Positions 42,044-51,548 of a DNA stretch of 51,548 nt are shown here, piece after piece. Source of the DNA: Patescibacteria group bacterium UBA6033. GTDB lineage: Bacteria; Patescibacteriota; Minisyncoccia; Phycocordibacterales; Phycocordibacteraceae. Position numbers and translations under genes: made by a program. The DNA lies in the NCBI GenBank assembly GCA_002429325.1, contig DIZH01000011.1:1-51548 (forward strand). Reading direction: 5' to 3'. The notes beneath the pieces are model-generated. The model saw only the letters and a list, made by a program, of their open reading frames with translations, did not search any database and had not been told where the DNA came from. Positions within the stretch are counted from its first letter, which is position 1. The number at the start of each line of letters is the position of its first letter.

Positions 42044-43075
42044 ATGAACAAGACCTCACGTCTTTCTGTTCTCGCCGTGCTTTCGGTTCTCTCTCTTGGA
42101 GCCTCTGCTCCTCTCGCGTTTGCAACGACACTAAACGTATCTTCTGATTCTGCCAGTATTGATTATCGCAATGCTGTGGTCAAGGCAGCAGATCATATGG
42201 TGACAACTCAAAATACCGATGGAGGTTGGGATTGGGGAACTCCTGATTCTAGCCCTGCGACCGGTTCCGCAGTGAATACTTTGGGAGTCACAGCACAAGC
42301 GTTAGTTGATGCGTATCGATTGACCCATCAAGCAAAATATCTTATAGCTGCAAACAAGACTTTTGCGCTGTTGCAGAAAAATAGCGCACCTTCTACTTTC
42401 AAGTTGAGAGGCCCCGACATCTCCTTCCTCGTCGACTTATCGACGGTAACTGGTGATCCGAAATATGCAGACTTTGCCAAGACTGGCTGGGATAACGACT
42501 TAACAAGGTTTGGTAGTGGAACTGCAACAGGTTTCGGGGATTCCATAAGAGACGCACGGCACTCACAGGGGTGGGATGGTCTGATTCCTTGGGATATTAA
42601 TCTCTTCGTACAAGGTGTTACCAAACTTGCTAATTACAGCGTTGCGAATGCCGCCTATGGCGCAGATGCTACTGCTCTCGCCCAGGTCATATTCGACGAT
42701 GTCAATGCGGCCACCCCTTTGTTCAATTGGAATGATGATACAGAAAATGGTTATCTTTTCGGGTTGACGGGGATGTTGAGTGCGATGTCTACGGTAACCG
42801 TGTCTTCCGCCATCACAGCAAATGATGTGTCTACAAAGTTGATGACGTACAGCCATAGCGGAGCATTTTTCGATCTGAGTGACGTTAATGCTCAAGGAGC
42901 GACTCCATCGGTCGATGATCATTTAACGACTGTTCAGACAACCGCCTATGCGGTTAAGGCCTTGATGCAATCTCCACAAAACGTTGCATCAGCGCAGCCT
43001 TCTATCGATTATCTTCTTGCTCAGCAAGACTCTGTATCCGGAGCATGGAAAGACGGAGTCGATGAGAACACCTAA
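42044..43075 (+). CDS. Secreted protein with prenyltransferase/terpene-cyclase-like alpha/alpha-toroid repeats. It ends at an in-frame TAA that separates it from the next ORF.
   Basis: Signal peptide MNKTSRLSVLAVLSVLSLGASAPLAFA. QxxDGGW-type repeats QNTDGGWDWG and QQDSVSGAWKDG. Confidence 0.75.
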   Translation: MNKTSRLSVLAVLSVLSLGASAPLAFATTLNVSSDSASIDYRNAVVKAADHMVTTQNTDGGWDWGTPDSSPATGSAVNTLGVTAQALVDAYRLTHQAKYLIAANKTFALLQKNSAPSTFKLRGPDISFLVDLSTVTGDPKYADFAKTGWDNDLTRFGSGTATGFGDSIRDARHSQGWDGLIPWDINLFVQGVTKLANYSVANAAYGADATALAQVIFDDVNAATPLFNWNDDTENGYLFGLTGMLSAMSTVTVSSAITANDVSTKLMTYSHSGAFFDLSDVNAQGATPSVDDHLTTVQTTAYAVKALMQSPQNVASAQPSIDYLLAQQDSVSGAWKDGVDENT

Positions 43076-43099
43076 GTTAATTCAGAGGCGGGAGATGCA

Positions 43100-45298
43100 T
43101 TGGCAACGAAACTGACTGCTGCAAACACCTTCTACGCCATCCAGGACGCAGTGAACGCTGCAGCTGATGGAGAGACGGTCGCACTGAGTGACAATGCCAC
43201 TACTACTTCACAGATAACTGTGAACAAAGCCATAACGATTGATGGGAATGGTCATACGCTTTACGCGCCTTTCGCGAAAACGGATAACACCAACAACGCC
43301 GCAATAGGAATCTTGCATTCTGGTGTGACGATTAAGAATCTTGTTGAGGATGGAACAGGTAGTACCGGCTCTCGTCACGGCATCAATATATTCGAAGCGA
43401 CTTCAAGCGTGAGCCTAGACAACGTCACAGTGGAGAATAACGCCGCCTCAGGTGTGACCATAAATGGTTCAACCGTGACGATCAATAACATCACGACTGC
43501 GCACAATGTCTGGGGAGGTATCAACGCCGATCAGGCCTCTGATGCTCCAGACCCTACTTCTGTAACGATAACCGGGACGAGCTCTCATTCTGAGACTAAT
43601 TCAGCGGTATGGGTTGATGACAACACAAAGGCAGTGTCAATTGTGGACACAAATAATCAGTATGCATCTACTACGTATCCACACGATGCTGTTATAACGG
43701 GTACATATTATGTACTAAAGACCGCAACAGTGGAGAATGAAGCTCAACTACGTTCAGCTTTGGGAAATTCACTCATCAGTACTATTGTGTTTGGCTCTGA
43801 TATCACAACCGCTGCTCAGATAGATGTGGCACGATCGGTTACTATCGATGGCGCTGGCTATTACCTCAAGGCACCATTTACAGGTGTGAAAAATGCAAGT
43901 GACTCTGCGGTAAATATCACCGCAAACGATGTAACCATAAAAAATCTAGTCGAGGATGGTACCGGCACAACAGGAAATCGTGGCATCAATATCTACAAGG
44001 TAACGGGAGCCTTGCTTGATAACGTCACTGCTTCAAACAACTACAAGAACGGTATCGTCGTGAACGGCTCTACAGTCGTCGTGAATAATATCGTCACTAA
44101 GCACAATGGGTGGCAGGGTATCGATATCGATATGGGCGGGGATGTCTCTACACTCGCCAGTCTGACCGTGAACGGTACGAGCGTGCATGAAGAATCACTG
44201 GCAGCTATCCGTATTGATGACACATCGAAAATCCCGACACCTATCATGATTGATACGAATGATCAGTATGTCGCTTCTACCACAGCGACGGGCATAGACT
44301 ATTACCTCAAGACGAAGAATACGAAGACGGCTACGGTTGATCATCAGACAGGTTCCGGAACCAATAGTGTGACGGTTACTGTGGATATACCGGCAGATAC
44401 CATCATCAGAGGCGATGCCGCATGGGATGGTACCCTCACGCCTCCTGCAGCAAAAGTGGTCTCGGTTACTATCTCAGGCTTCACTACGAATGTGACGTCC
44501 GCCATCGCAGTTGGCTCAAGCGACACAGATCTGACGTTCGATAAGGCGGTAAAGCTTACGTTCGCCGGCCAGGCGGGCAAGCTCGTTGGATGGTATAACC
44601 ATGCGAGTGCATTCTCTGAAATAACAGCGACTTGTGCCGCAAATGACCAGGCGACCGGAGATGCTCTTGCTGCAGGCACCTCATGCAAGATAGATGCTGG
44701 TAGTGATCTTGTCGTCTGGACGAAGCACTTCTCAACATTCGCTACATACACACAGACCCCTATTGTTTACGGTAGCAGTAGTGTTGGCAGCTCAGGCGGT
44801 TCAATCGCGATAACCTCAGCAACATCTGCAACCCCAGCAGCGCCAGCGGTGAACCCAGCAGCGCCAGCGACTCCTGCAACACCTGCAACCGGTCGTGGTC
44901 GTGGTCGCGTGCTCGGTGCAGAAGCATACAACTTCACCAAGGACCTCCACATGGGCTCCTCTGGCGCTGATGTGACTGAACTGCAGAAACTTCTCATTGC
45001 AGACGGATTCGATATCCCTGCAATCACCAAGGGCACAGTGGCGTACGGTACGTTTGGCGGTCAGACGCTCTCAGCCGTCATTGCATACCAGAAAGCACAT
45101 GGTGTCTCGCCTGCAAGAGGCTATGTGAGCACGCTCACGCGCGCAGAGCTCAATAAGGGCACTGCCGGAACAACTCCTGTAGCGACAGGGAAGTCGAATC
45201 TGACCGCAAGTCAGGCGAATTCCATCCTCGGACTTCTTCAGTCCTTCAATGCCGATGCGTCGGTCATTGCGAATGTGAGAGCGTCGCTCGGTCAGTAG
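43100..45298 (+). CDS. Right-handed beta-helix protein (two ~220-aa modules) with a Pro/Ala/Thr linker and a C-terminal PG_binding_1 domain. It is probably the continuation of the preceding ORF.
   Basis: Duplicated blocks ITIDGNGHTLYAPF...VTIKNLVEDGTGSTG and VTIDGAGYYLKAPF...VTIKNLVEDGTGTTG. C-terminus GSSGADVTELQKLLIADGF...YGTFGGQTLSAVIAYQKAHGV. No signal peptide. The only start candidate is TTG, in frame with 42044. Confidence 0.7.
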   Translation: MATKLTAANTFYAIQDAVNAAADGETVALSDNATTTSQITVNKAITIDGNGHTLYAPFAKTDNTNNAAIGILHSGVTIKNLVEDGTGSTGSRHGINIFEATSSVSLDNVTVENNAASGVTINGSTVTINNITTAHNVWGGINADQASDAPDPTSVTITGTSSHSETNSAVWVDDNTKAVSIVDTNNQYASTTYPHDAVITGTYYVLKTATVENEAQLRSALGNSLISTIVFGSDITTAAQIDVARSVTIDGAGYYLKAPFTGVKNASDSAVNITANDVTIKNLVEDGTGTTGNRGINIYKVTGALLDNVTASNNYKNGIVVNGSTVVVNNIVTKHNGWQGIDIDMGGDVSTLASLTVNGTSVHEESLAAIRIDDTSKIPTPIMIDTNDQYVASTTATGIDYYLKTKNTKTATVDHQTGSGTNSVTVTVDIPADTIIRGDAAWDGTLTPPAAKVVSVTISGFTTNVTSAIAVGSSDTDLTFDKAVKLTFAGQAGKLVGWYNHASAFSEITATCAANDQATGDALAAGTSCKIDAGSDLVVWTKHFSTFATYTQTPIVYGSSSVGSSGGSIAITSATSATPAAPAVNPAAPATPATPATGRGRGRVLGAEAYNFTKDLHMGSSGADVTELQKLLIADGFDIPAITKGTVAYGTFGGQTLSAVIAYQKAHGVSPARGYVSTLTRAELNKGTAGTTPVATGKSNLTASQANSILGLLQSFNADASVIANVRASLGQ

Positions 45299-45310
45299 AT
45301 ACCAGTTCGT

Positions 45311-45353
45311 GAGAAATGAACAATCCCGCCTCTGGCGGGATTGTTCATTTCTC
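45311..45353 (+). terminator. 20-bp perfect hairpin (terminator or processing site).
   Basis: GAGAAATGAACAATCCCGCC (45311-45330), loop TCT, GGCGGGATTGTTCATTTCTC (45334-45353). The downstream region is only loosely T-rich. Confidence 0.55.
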
Positions 45354-45378
45354 AGATTTGTTGTATTGTTATTTGCAC

Positions 45379-46389
45379 ATGCGCAAGCCTCTCCATCACC
45401 ATCTTCATGATTTCTTTCTCCCTACGTCGCGGAATGAATATCATCCGAATATCTTCAGTCGCGTGTCGGTCATAGTACTCGCGGTCCTCATCATTGGTTG
45501 TGAAGTCGGCTACGTCGCACAAACGAAATTCGTATTCCTCAATACAGATTTCCTCGCGTCAGTGCTCCCCGGAGTGCTCGCTAATCTCACGAATGTGGAT
45601 CGGGCAGATAGCGGCTTGGCGCCAGTGACGCGCAACCCGCTTCTCGATGCTGCAGCACAAGCGGCGGCGCAGGACATGGCCACCAAGGGTTACTTCTCCC
45701 ACGTAGCACCTGATGGCACGACGCCATGGTCGTGGCTTGATAAGACAGGGTATGTCTACAGTTATGCTGGGCAGAATCTCGCTGTAAACTTCACGGATTC
45801 GCAAAATGTAGAGACCGCATGGCTCGAATCTCCGACCCATCGTGCCAACATTATGAAGTCGCAATACACTGAAGTGGGTTTCGGCACAGCCAATGGCATA
45901 TACGAGGGCCAAGAGACGACATTTGTCGTAGAATTTTTCGGAACTCCTGCGGCTGTCGCTGCTAAAAAAGATATAGTACCAATCAAGGTTGCTGCCGTGG
46001 TGAAGTCACCTTCTCAGTCGGGCAATACCCAAGTTCTTGGTACTGAAGTAAAGAAGGAAGTAGAAGTTGCTGGTACATCATCTCCTGTTGCAGTAACTAC
46101 CAATCCAGTCGCTCCGCTCCCAACAGAGACACAGGGCTTCCTTGCAATGCTTACTTCACCGCTTACTGCGCTTGAAACGGTATTCACTGTATTGCTGGCG
46201 CTTATTGCGTTCGCGTATGGCATCACTGTATTCATGCACGGCAAAATGCTACACCCGCGAGTAGCTCTCGGTGGCGCAGCTCTTCTACTTCTTATTTCTG
46301 CGGCGTTTCTTGGAAGCGCTCTGCTCAATGGTTCTGTACATCTTGCATCGAACGCACAGATGGCAAGCATCGAGGCCGCATTGCCGTAG
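45379..46389 (+). CDS. CAP/SCP (cysteine-rich secretory protein family) domain protein with an N-terminal TM anchor and C-terminal TM helices.
   Basis: AAAQDMATKGYFSHVAPDGTTPWSWL...GQNLAVNF...AWLESPTHRANIM..YTEVGFG is typical of the CAP domain. Start at MRKPLHH lies downstream of the hairpin. Confidence 0.8.
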   Translation: MRKPLHHHLHDFFLPTSRNEYHPNIFSRVSVIVLAVLIIGCEVGYVAQTKFVFLNTDFLASVLPGVLANLTNVDRADSGLAPVTRNPLLDAAAQAAAQDMATKGYFSHVAPDGTTPWSWLDKTGYVYSYAGQNLAVNFTDSQNVETAWLESPTHRANIMKSQYTEVGFGTANGIYEGQETTFVVEFFGTPAAVAAKKDIVPIKVAAVVKSPSQSGNTQVLGTEVKKEVEVAGTSSPVAVTTNPVAPLPTETQGFLAMLTSPLTALETVFTVLLALIAFAYGITVFMHGKMLHPRVALGGAALLLLISAAFLGSALLNGSVHLASNAQMASIEAALP

Positions 46390-46394
46390 CTATT

Positions 46395-46799
46395 TTACTG
46401 CTGCGGAGGCAGCGTCGGGCGTAGCTGGATGAGCGAAGCGGACACGCTTCCATCGCTATTCGTCGTACCTGATACGATAATAGTCGAACCTGTCGCTACG
46501 TCAGTCAGTGCGCCGTTCACGCTTTTCGAGACAGTCGTATTCGGCGTGACAAGCACGACATGTGAACTTCCATCGCGTGTATTAAGTGTGATGCTTCCCG
46601 AATCTTTTGCTGCGACTGTTCCTGTAAGGAATCCACCGCTAGCACCTCCAGCGCGTGTACCTCCAGCGAACCCCCCGCTGCGTACTGTTTGACTTGCTGC
46701 CGCTGGGTGAGCGAAGGCAATTGCTCCTTCGTACCCGAGACCGGCCCCAATGATAAGCGCTATGACCCCAATGCTGATGATTTTGTTATTCATATACAT
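46395..46799 (-). CDS. Small anchored/secreted protein (134 aa) with a Gly-rich region and a beta-rich (DUF5666-like) domain. It is the last gene of the ABC exporter operon.
   Basis: N-terminal TM helix IISIGVIALIIGAGLG, then GTVAAKDSGSITLNTRDGSSHVVLVTPNTTV... The family assignment is tentative. Confidence 0.55.
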   Translation of the reverse strand: MYMNNKIISIGVIALIIGAGLGYEGAIAFAHPAAASQTVRSGGFAGGTRAGGASGGFLTGTVAAKDSGSITLNTRDGSSHVVLVTPNTTVSKSVNGALTDVATGSTIIVSGTTNSDGSVSASLIQLRPTLPPQQ

Positions 46800-46841
46800 A
46801 TATTTGATTACATACGGTTAATACTCCTGTGCGGTGCGTTT

Positions 46842-48077
46842 TTATTCATAACGCAAAGCATCAATAGGATTGAGATTGGCAGCTCGGCGCGCCGGGTACC
46901 AGCCGAAAATAATACCGATACCCGCAGACACACCGAAAGCCAAGAGTACTGATGAGAGGGTCACCTGGGCGGTAAGGAGGCCGGTGAGCGTCACGGCGAA
47001 GGATATGCCCCATCCGAGTGCGATGCCGATGCCGCCACCAATAAAGGTGAGTGCGATAGCTTCGGACAGGAACTGATTATTGATATCTTTCTTCGTCGCC
47101 CCGATGGCTTTCCGCAGCCCGATCTCGCGCATTCGCTCAGTGACGGTGGTAAGCATCATGTTCATGATGCCAATGCCACCGACAATGAGGGATATGCCCG
47201 CTACAGCCGCAAGCAATGTCGTGAGCGTCGATGTCACGCTTGAAGCAGCCGAGACAAGGTCAGTCTGGTTGAGGATACTGAAATCGGCTTTTGTGGGGTC
47301 GCTGATATTGTGGCGAGCCATCAGGAGTGCCGTCACATCGTTCTGCACTTGTGTCATGTCTCCTTGTGTCGTCGCTTGGATGTCTATATTAGAAAGGTAA
47401 GCATTTCCATTACCTGCGAAGTATTGCATCGCGGTGCCGATTGGAATGAAGACCGTAGTGTCGGTATTGCCGATGCCGGAAGCGCCCTTCGTCTTGGTCA
47501 CGCCGATGATAGTGAAGAGAATATTATTGATGCGGACTGTTTGTCCGAGAGCATCACTTGCCACTGCATTCGTGCCGAAGATATCGGTCACGACCGTTGG
47601 TCCGACTACGGCTACCTTCGCGAGCGAGGTGGATTGGTTATCGGTGATAAAGGACCCCTGATCGATGACCAAGTTGCGGATAGTGAGGTAGGCAGCATCC
47701 ACACCATCAACCGTCGTGTTCGTATTCGCACCCGAAGCAGCGACCTGATAGCGGCTGGAAAGTTCGCCCGAGACTGCCGCGACGTTTGCAACCTGTGCAA
47801 TCGCATTTTCATCAGCGACTGTGAGTGACCGTGCGGTGCCTCGACCGCCAGAGACGCCGAAGCCTATTTGTCGTGAGGCACCTGGCATCACTTCAATCAG
47901 ATTTGAACCGATAGATTGTATGGATGACTGAATTGAGGATTGTGCTCCCTGGCCGATAGCGGTGAGTGCAATAACGGATGCGATACCTATGACGATGCCG
48001 AGCACAGTAAGGCTCGACCGCACTTTATTTGCGGAGAGAGCGGCGTACGTCTCATCGATAAGGTCACGGTTTCTCAT
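46842..48077 (-). CDS. MacB/FtsX-family ABC transporter permease.
   Basis: N-terminal TM helix, large extracytoplasmic MacB_PCD-like domain, three C-terminal TM helices, and the terminal ...NPIDALRYE typical of the family. Confidence 0.9.
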   Translation of the reverse strand: MRNRDLIDETYAALSANKVRSSLTVLGIVIGIASVIALTAIGQGAQSSIQSSIQSIGSNLIEVMPGASRQIGFGVSGGRGTARSLTVADENAIAQVANVAAVSGELSSRYQVAASGANTNTTVDGVDAAYLTIRNLVIDQGSFITDNQSTSLAKVAVVGPTVVTDIFGTNAVASDALGQTVRINNILFTIIGVTKTKGASGIGNTDTTVFIPIGTAMQYFAGNGNAYLSNIDIQATTQGDMTQVQNDVTALLMARHNISDPTKADFSILNQTDLVSAASSVTSTLTTLLAAVAGISLIVGGIGIMNMMLTTVTERMREIGLRKAIGATKKDINNQFLSEAIALTFIGGGIGIALGWGISFAVTLTGLLTAQVTLSSVLLAFGVSAGIGIIFGWYPARRAANLNPIDALRYE

Positions 48078-48808
48078 ACAGCATTGTCATACAGCTTCGT
48101 CTCTCCTATCGCATCGCGTGGCGAGCGACTCTTCTCATCGGAGACTATCTCGCCGTCTCGGATGCGGATGATGCGATTGGCATGTTCAGCGATATCCGGT
48201 TCATGCGTGATGAGGATGATGGTGCGTCCGTGCTCGCGATTGAGTTTCTGGAGTGTGCCGAGGACAACAAGACTCGTGCGGCTGTCGAGGTTGCCTGTGG
48301 GCTCATCGGCAAGAATGAGTGCAGGGTCGTTCACAAGAGCTCGCGCGATGGCGACGCGCTGGATTTGTCCGCCTGAAAGCTGGTTCGAGAGATGGTAGAA
48401 ATGCGACTCGGTAAGTCCGGCGGCAATGAGAGATGCTGTAGCGCGTGCATGTCGCTCCTCGAGCGGAACACCCGCATATACGAGCGGGAGCATCACGTTT
48501 CGGAGTACGGTCGTACGAGAGAGGAGATTGAAAGATTGGAATACGAAACCGATCTTGTCTTTGCGTATGTCGGCCAGCTCATCATCGCTCATCGTCGAGA
48601 CATCTTTGCCATCGAGCGTATAGGTGCCTGAGGTGGGCGTATCGAGGCATCCGAGGATATGCATGAGGGTCGATTTCCCACTGCCTGACGGTCCCATGAT
48701 GGCGACGAACTCCCCCTCATCAATAGAGAAAGAAATATTATTCAGCGCCGTATACGCCTCGGGAGTATCTGAGTTATAGGTTTTCGTGATGTGAGAGAAC
48801 TCAATCAT
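48074..48808 (-). CDS. ABC transporter ATP-binding protein (MacB/LolD-type).
   Basis: [35 protein letters not shown]. 4-nt overlaps with both neighbouring genes. Confidence 0.93.
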   Translation of the reverse strand: MIEFSHITKTYNSDTPEAYTALNNISFSIDEGEFVAIMGPSGSGKSTLMHILGCLDTPTSGTYTLDGKDVSTMSDDELADIRKDKIGFVFQSFNLLSRTTVLRNVMLPLVYAGVPLEERHARATASLIAAGLTESHFYHLSNQLSGGQIQRVAIARALVNDPALILADEPTGNLDSRTSLVVLGTLQKLNREHGRTIILITHEPDIAEHANRIIRIRDGEIVSDEKSRSPRDAIGETKLYDNAV

Positions 48809-50607
48809 TGTCCCAGTGCGCGAATTGTGCCGCCGCCGGTTCGTGCGCCCGCAGCGCCTGAACCGCCGAAGAGCGAGGTTGATGCTGCTGCAGATGTTTT
48901 TGTCGCAGCGGCAGTGCCTGCTATCGTCTGCGTCACCACTTGGGTGCCATCAGCGAGTCCGCTGAGGATAATGACGTCCTTATTGTCGGTAAGACCGGTT
49001 GTGACAGTCACTCGGGCAGGTGCGATAGCAGAGGTCACGTCAGTGCTCGAATAGCTTCCAGCTAGTGGAGGACTGAAGACAAGCACATAACTTTGACCAT
49101 TTGATGACTTCACTGCGCTGCTTGGCACTGCGAGCCCCGTCTGTATGCCGGTGATGATATTGGTTGTCGCGCTCATACCCGACTTCACGCTCGGATTCGG
49201 CGTATCGAATGTCACGACTCCGGCATACGACACGACCCCTGAAGAGACAGTGCCAATCGTATTGACCGACGAGACAGTGCCCGCAATGGATACATTCGGC
49301 AATGCATCGAAAGTAATAGTCGCTTTCTGTCCAACGCTGAGTTTTGCAGCATCGACCTCATTCACTGTTATCGCGACACTCTGGTTATCGCTCACCATCG
49401 TCGCTACAGCGGTGCCGCTTCCGATAGTTTGGTATCGCTGCGTGTCGAGCTTCGCCACCGTACCGCTAAATGGAGCACGTACGACGGTGTCAGCGAGCGC
49501 TTGCTCGGCCTGCGCGAGCGCATCTTGCTTCATTTGGAGAGAAAGTTGGCTCGACTGGATATCGAGCGGATCCGCTCCGGCTTGCGTCTGAGCGAGCGAA
49601 GCCTGTGCCGCGGCGACCGCACGCTGGCTACTTGTCACGCTTGCACCGTCAGCAGCGAGTGCTGCGACATTCGAGTTCGTAGTCGTGGTGTACCCAGTGA
49701 GTGTGCTGATGTGACCATTCAGTGTTGAGGGAATAGTAAGATTGCGGTTCGTGAATATCGTGCTCACGAAATTGAGGAAATTTGTTGATGCTTTAAGCGC
49801 ATCTGAAATATCAGCGACAGTTCGATAGGATTCAGTTACGAGCGCTTCTATCGTTGCGTCGTCGGCGCTTCGTGGTGTTGCTTTAAAGTCGGCGAGCGTT
49901 TGGATATAGGCCGTATAGGCCGTTTGATAGGCCGCTTCAGCCGTCGTGCGATATTGAACGACGGTCGAATCGTACGGTTCGACCATATCGCTATAGGCGT
50001 TCTCATTTTGCTGACTCGTGCGACCGGGGATTGTCATACCGTGCAGTACGGTGTCGAGGCCGCTCATGACCGTCGGCAGATTTAAGAAAGCCGCGGAGAT
50101 GTCGTTGTAACCGTTCTGATGCGCCTGTACGAGATTCGCTTGTGCGGTCGCGAGCGAATTCTGAGATGATGTAAGCGTAGATGCATTTGCAGGTTCTTGG
50201 AGTTTCGCGAGCGCGAGCTGCGCCGACTGCAGCGATTGCTGTGCACTTACGAGGTTCTGTTGGGCGGTAGTCGGGTCGAGATAGGCGAGTGCTGTGCCCG
50301 CCGCTACATGCTGACCTGCCGATACCGGTATCGAGAGTATTTCACCCGAGGATTTCGATTGTACGTCGATATTCGAGCTTGCAGATACTTGCCCCGTCTC
50401 GCTCATAGTCGCGACGACAGTACTCGTTGCGACCATTGTAGTGACATAGTTGGGAGCTATAGAGGGAGCGGTGATGGCTCTGTATGTATAGTAGCCGCCA
50501 TACAGCACAGCAGCCGCGACTATCGTAGCTATGACCTTGTGGGCGACCGCATATTTCCAGACGGTACTCCAAGCGGTTTGCGCGGTGTGGGCGATAGAGG
50601 TAGGCAT
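48805..50607 (-). CDS. HlyD/MacA-family periplasmic adaptor-like protein, enlarged (600 aa), with a Gly/Ala-rich C-terminal tail.
   Basis: N-terminal TM helix, lipoyl/barrel-sandwich-like segments (GEILSIPVSAGQHVAAGTALAYLD; VRAPFSGTVAKLD), and a long helical Gln/Ala-rich insert. Confidence 0.8.
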   Translation of the reverse strand: MPTSIAHTAQTAWSTVWKYAVAHKVIATIVAAAVLYGGYYTYRAITAPSIAPNYVTTMVATSTVVATMSETGQVSASSNIDVQSKSSGEILSIPVSAGQHVAAGTALAYLDPTTAQQNLVSAQQSLQSAQLALAKLQEPANASTLTSSQNSLATAQANLVQAHQNGYNDISAAFLNLPTVMSGLDTVLHGMTIPGRTSQQNENAYSDMVEPYDSTVVQYRTTAEAAYQTAYTAYIQTLADFKATPRSADDATIEALVTESYRTVADISDALKASTNFLNFVSTIFTNRNLTIPSTLNGHISTLTGYTTTTNSNVAALAADGASVTSSQRAVAAAQASLAQTQAGADPLDIQSSQLSLQMKQDALAQAEQALADTVVRAPFSGTVAKLDTQRYQTIGSGTAVATMVSDNQSVAITVNEVDAAKLSVGQKATITFDALPNVSIAGTVSSVNTIGTVSSGVVSYAGVVTFDTPNPSVKSGMSATTNIITGIQTGLAVPSSAVKSSNGQSYVLVFSPPLAGSYSSTDVTSAIAPARVTVTTGLTDNKDVIILSGLADGTQVVTQTIAGTAAATKTSAAASTSLFGGSGAAGARTGGGTIRALGQ

Positions 50608-50687
50608 GTAAAAGTGGATGAAATCGCAGTGATAAGAGGCTGCATCAGCCTTTAAAACATTACTACACCGCCGCCGTGCTTTTGTTC

Positions 50688-51548
50688 CTAGGACGCCGTT
50701 GGGGTAATCATGTCGCGTTTGATGTCTTCGAACGTGCCACCGACTTTCTTGCCAGGGTTGAGGATATTCAGCGGATCGAAGACTTTTTTCGTCTGTTCAA
50801 AGAGTGCAATCATCTCGGCGCCGAACAGCATCGGAAGATACGGGGTGCGGATGATGCCGTCGTTGTGCTCGCCGGTGGTAGTGCCGCCGGCTTCGATGAC
50901 CATCTGATAGACCCTCGGGGCGAGGTCGAGGATGACCTGGCGATTCTCCGGTTTGGTGAGGTTCATGAGCGGGATGATATGAATGTTGCCATTACCGATG
51001 TGGCCCGCGACCGTGTAGATCATATTCGACTTGTATTCATCGAGGAGCGCATTGAGTTTCGGCAAGAAGGTCGGATAGCTTGAAGGCGGCACGACGAAGT
51101 CATCGATGAAGGGTGATGAGACAAGACCGTGCAGATTCTTACGCAGGAGGTTGAAGCTTTCGCGACGCACGATCCAATATTTCTCCGATTCCCGCTCATT
51201 CTTCTCTATCTTGGTCTGCACATCGAGTCCAGCGAGAGCATCGCGAGCCGCCATCGCTCTTCGGTCAGCTTCTTCTATCGTGTCCTCAGCGAACTCAGCC
51301 ATGAGGATGAGCTTCGGCACGCCGCCGGTCGCGACCATTGCCGCTTCGGGGATGAAGTCGATGCCGAGCCGAGCCGCTTTGACGAGTCCCATTTGGGAAA
51401 GCATCTGCGGCATGAACTTCACAGCGAGCGTGAAGGTGTTGTCGTCATAGCTTTCAAATGATTCCGGGTTCTGTGGGAGGACGCGGTTCACTATCTCAGG
51501 CAGAATATTCAGGTCTTTGAGGAACACGACGAGCATAGCGCGGTGCTC
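50688..51548 (-). CDS. FAD-linked oxidase (GlcD / D-lactate dehydrogenase family). Only the C-terminal part is present; the gene continues beyond the window.
   Basis: GGTTTGEHNDGIIRTPYL...FDPLNILNPGKKV is the typical FAD-oxidase C-terminal domain. The frame stays open to nt 51548. Confidence 0.85.
   Translation of the reverse strand, partial: EHRAMLVVFLKDLNILPEIVNRVLPQNPESFESYDDNTFTLAVKFMPQMLSQMGLVKAARLGIDFIPEAAMVATGGVPKLILMAEFAEDTIEEADRRAMAARDALAGLDVQTKIEKNERESEKYWIVRRESFNLLRKNLHGLVSSPFIDDFVVPPSSYPTFLPKLNALLDEYKSNMIYTVAGHIGNGNIHIIPLMNLTKPENRQVILDLAPRVYQMVIEAGGTTTGEHNDGIIRTPYLPMLFGAEMIALFEQTKKVFDPLNILNPGKKVGGTFEDIKRDMITPTAS

Noticed and set aside
43073-43075. Genome-wide stop-codon reassignment as the explanation for the in-frame TAA.
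   Set aside because: TAA, TAG and TGA all terminate well-supported conserved genes in this window at the expected protein ends. For example, TAA ends thrS, dnaE and smc. A global recoding is therefore unlikely. A local event remains possible.
1-51548. A search by eye for tRNA, rRNA, tmRNA, RNase P RNA and SRP RNA signatures (GTTCGAATC-type T loops, GGAAGCAGCC, GAGGAAAGTCC).
   Set aside because: No convincing match was found in any intergenic region. The absence is by eye only and should be confirmed with tRNAscan-SE and Infernal.

Overview
This is a gene-dense 51.5-kb bacterial window made up mostly of information-processing housekeeping genes. In order: thrS, dnaE, a type IV pilin-like gene, rnhB, rpmF, a nusB-Nudix fusion, rnc, a short smc, rnr, rpsP-KH-trmD, rpoB-rpoC, dnaG-rpoD, and a UvrD-type helicase-nuclease. 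These are followed by a DsbA-like/DEDD-exonuclease/hisS operon, a PurH-N-like MGS domain gene, a bPH-domain/prmC operon and an RRM protein. Next come a cell-surface block (alpha/alpha-toroid protein, beta-helix/PG-binding protein, CAP-domain protein) and a MacA/MacB-like ABC exporter operon. The window ends in a partial FAD-linked oxidase. The gene content (minimal SMC, pilin, L32 starting MSIRMRHTRGHTNNRRSHHAL, almost no biosynthesis) suggests a Patescibacteria/CPR-type genome; this is inference only. I recognised no rRNA, tRNA, CRISPR array, transposase or integrase. I did not find one obvious multi-gene novel system, and all RNA and structure calls are by eye. The observations most worth follow-up are:
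- (1) A single in-frame TAA splits a roughly 1,085-aa secreted toroid/beta-helix/PG-binding protein.
- (2) Small self-contained cassettes (SD-ORF-terminator) are wedged between conserved housekeeping genes. They include a GC3-rich lipoprotein island with a consensus sigma70 promoter, and a stand-alone ClpX zinc-finger gene bracketed by identical 29-nt hairpin repeats.
- (3) About 125-nt inverted-repeat elements sit exactly on the TAG stop codons of rpmF, nusB-Nudix and rpoC. The one upstream of rnc looks like an RNase III substrate.
- (4) A T-box leader with a Thr specifier precedes thrS.
- (5) The SMC lacks a hinge, and a diverged duplicate of its own 3' end lies just downstream.
- (6) A cluster of perfect palindromes sharing TTTCGTAAA lies upstream of rpoB.
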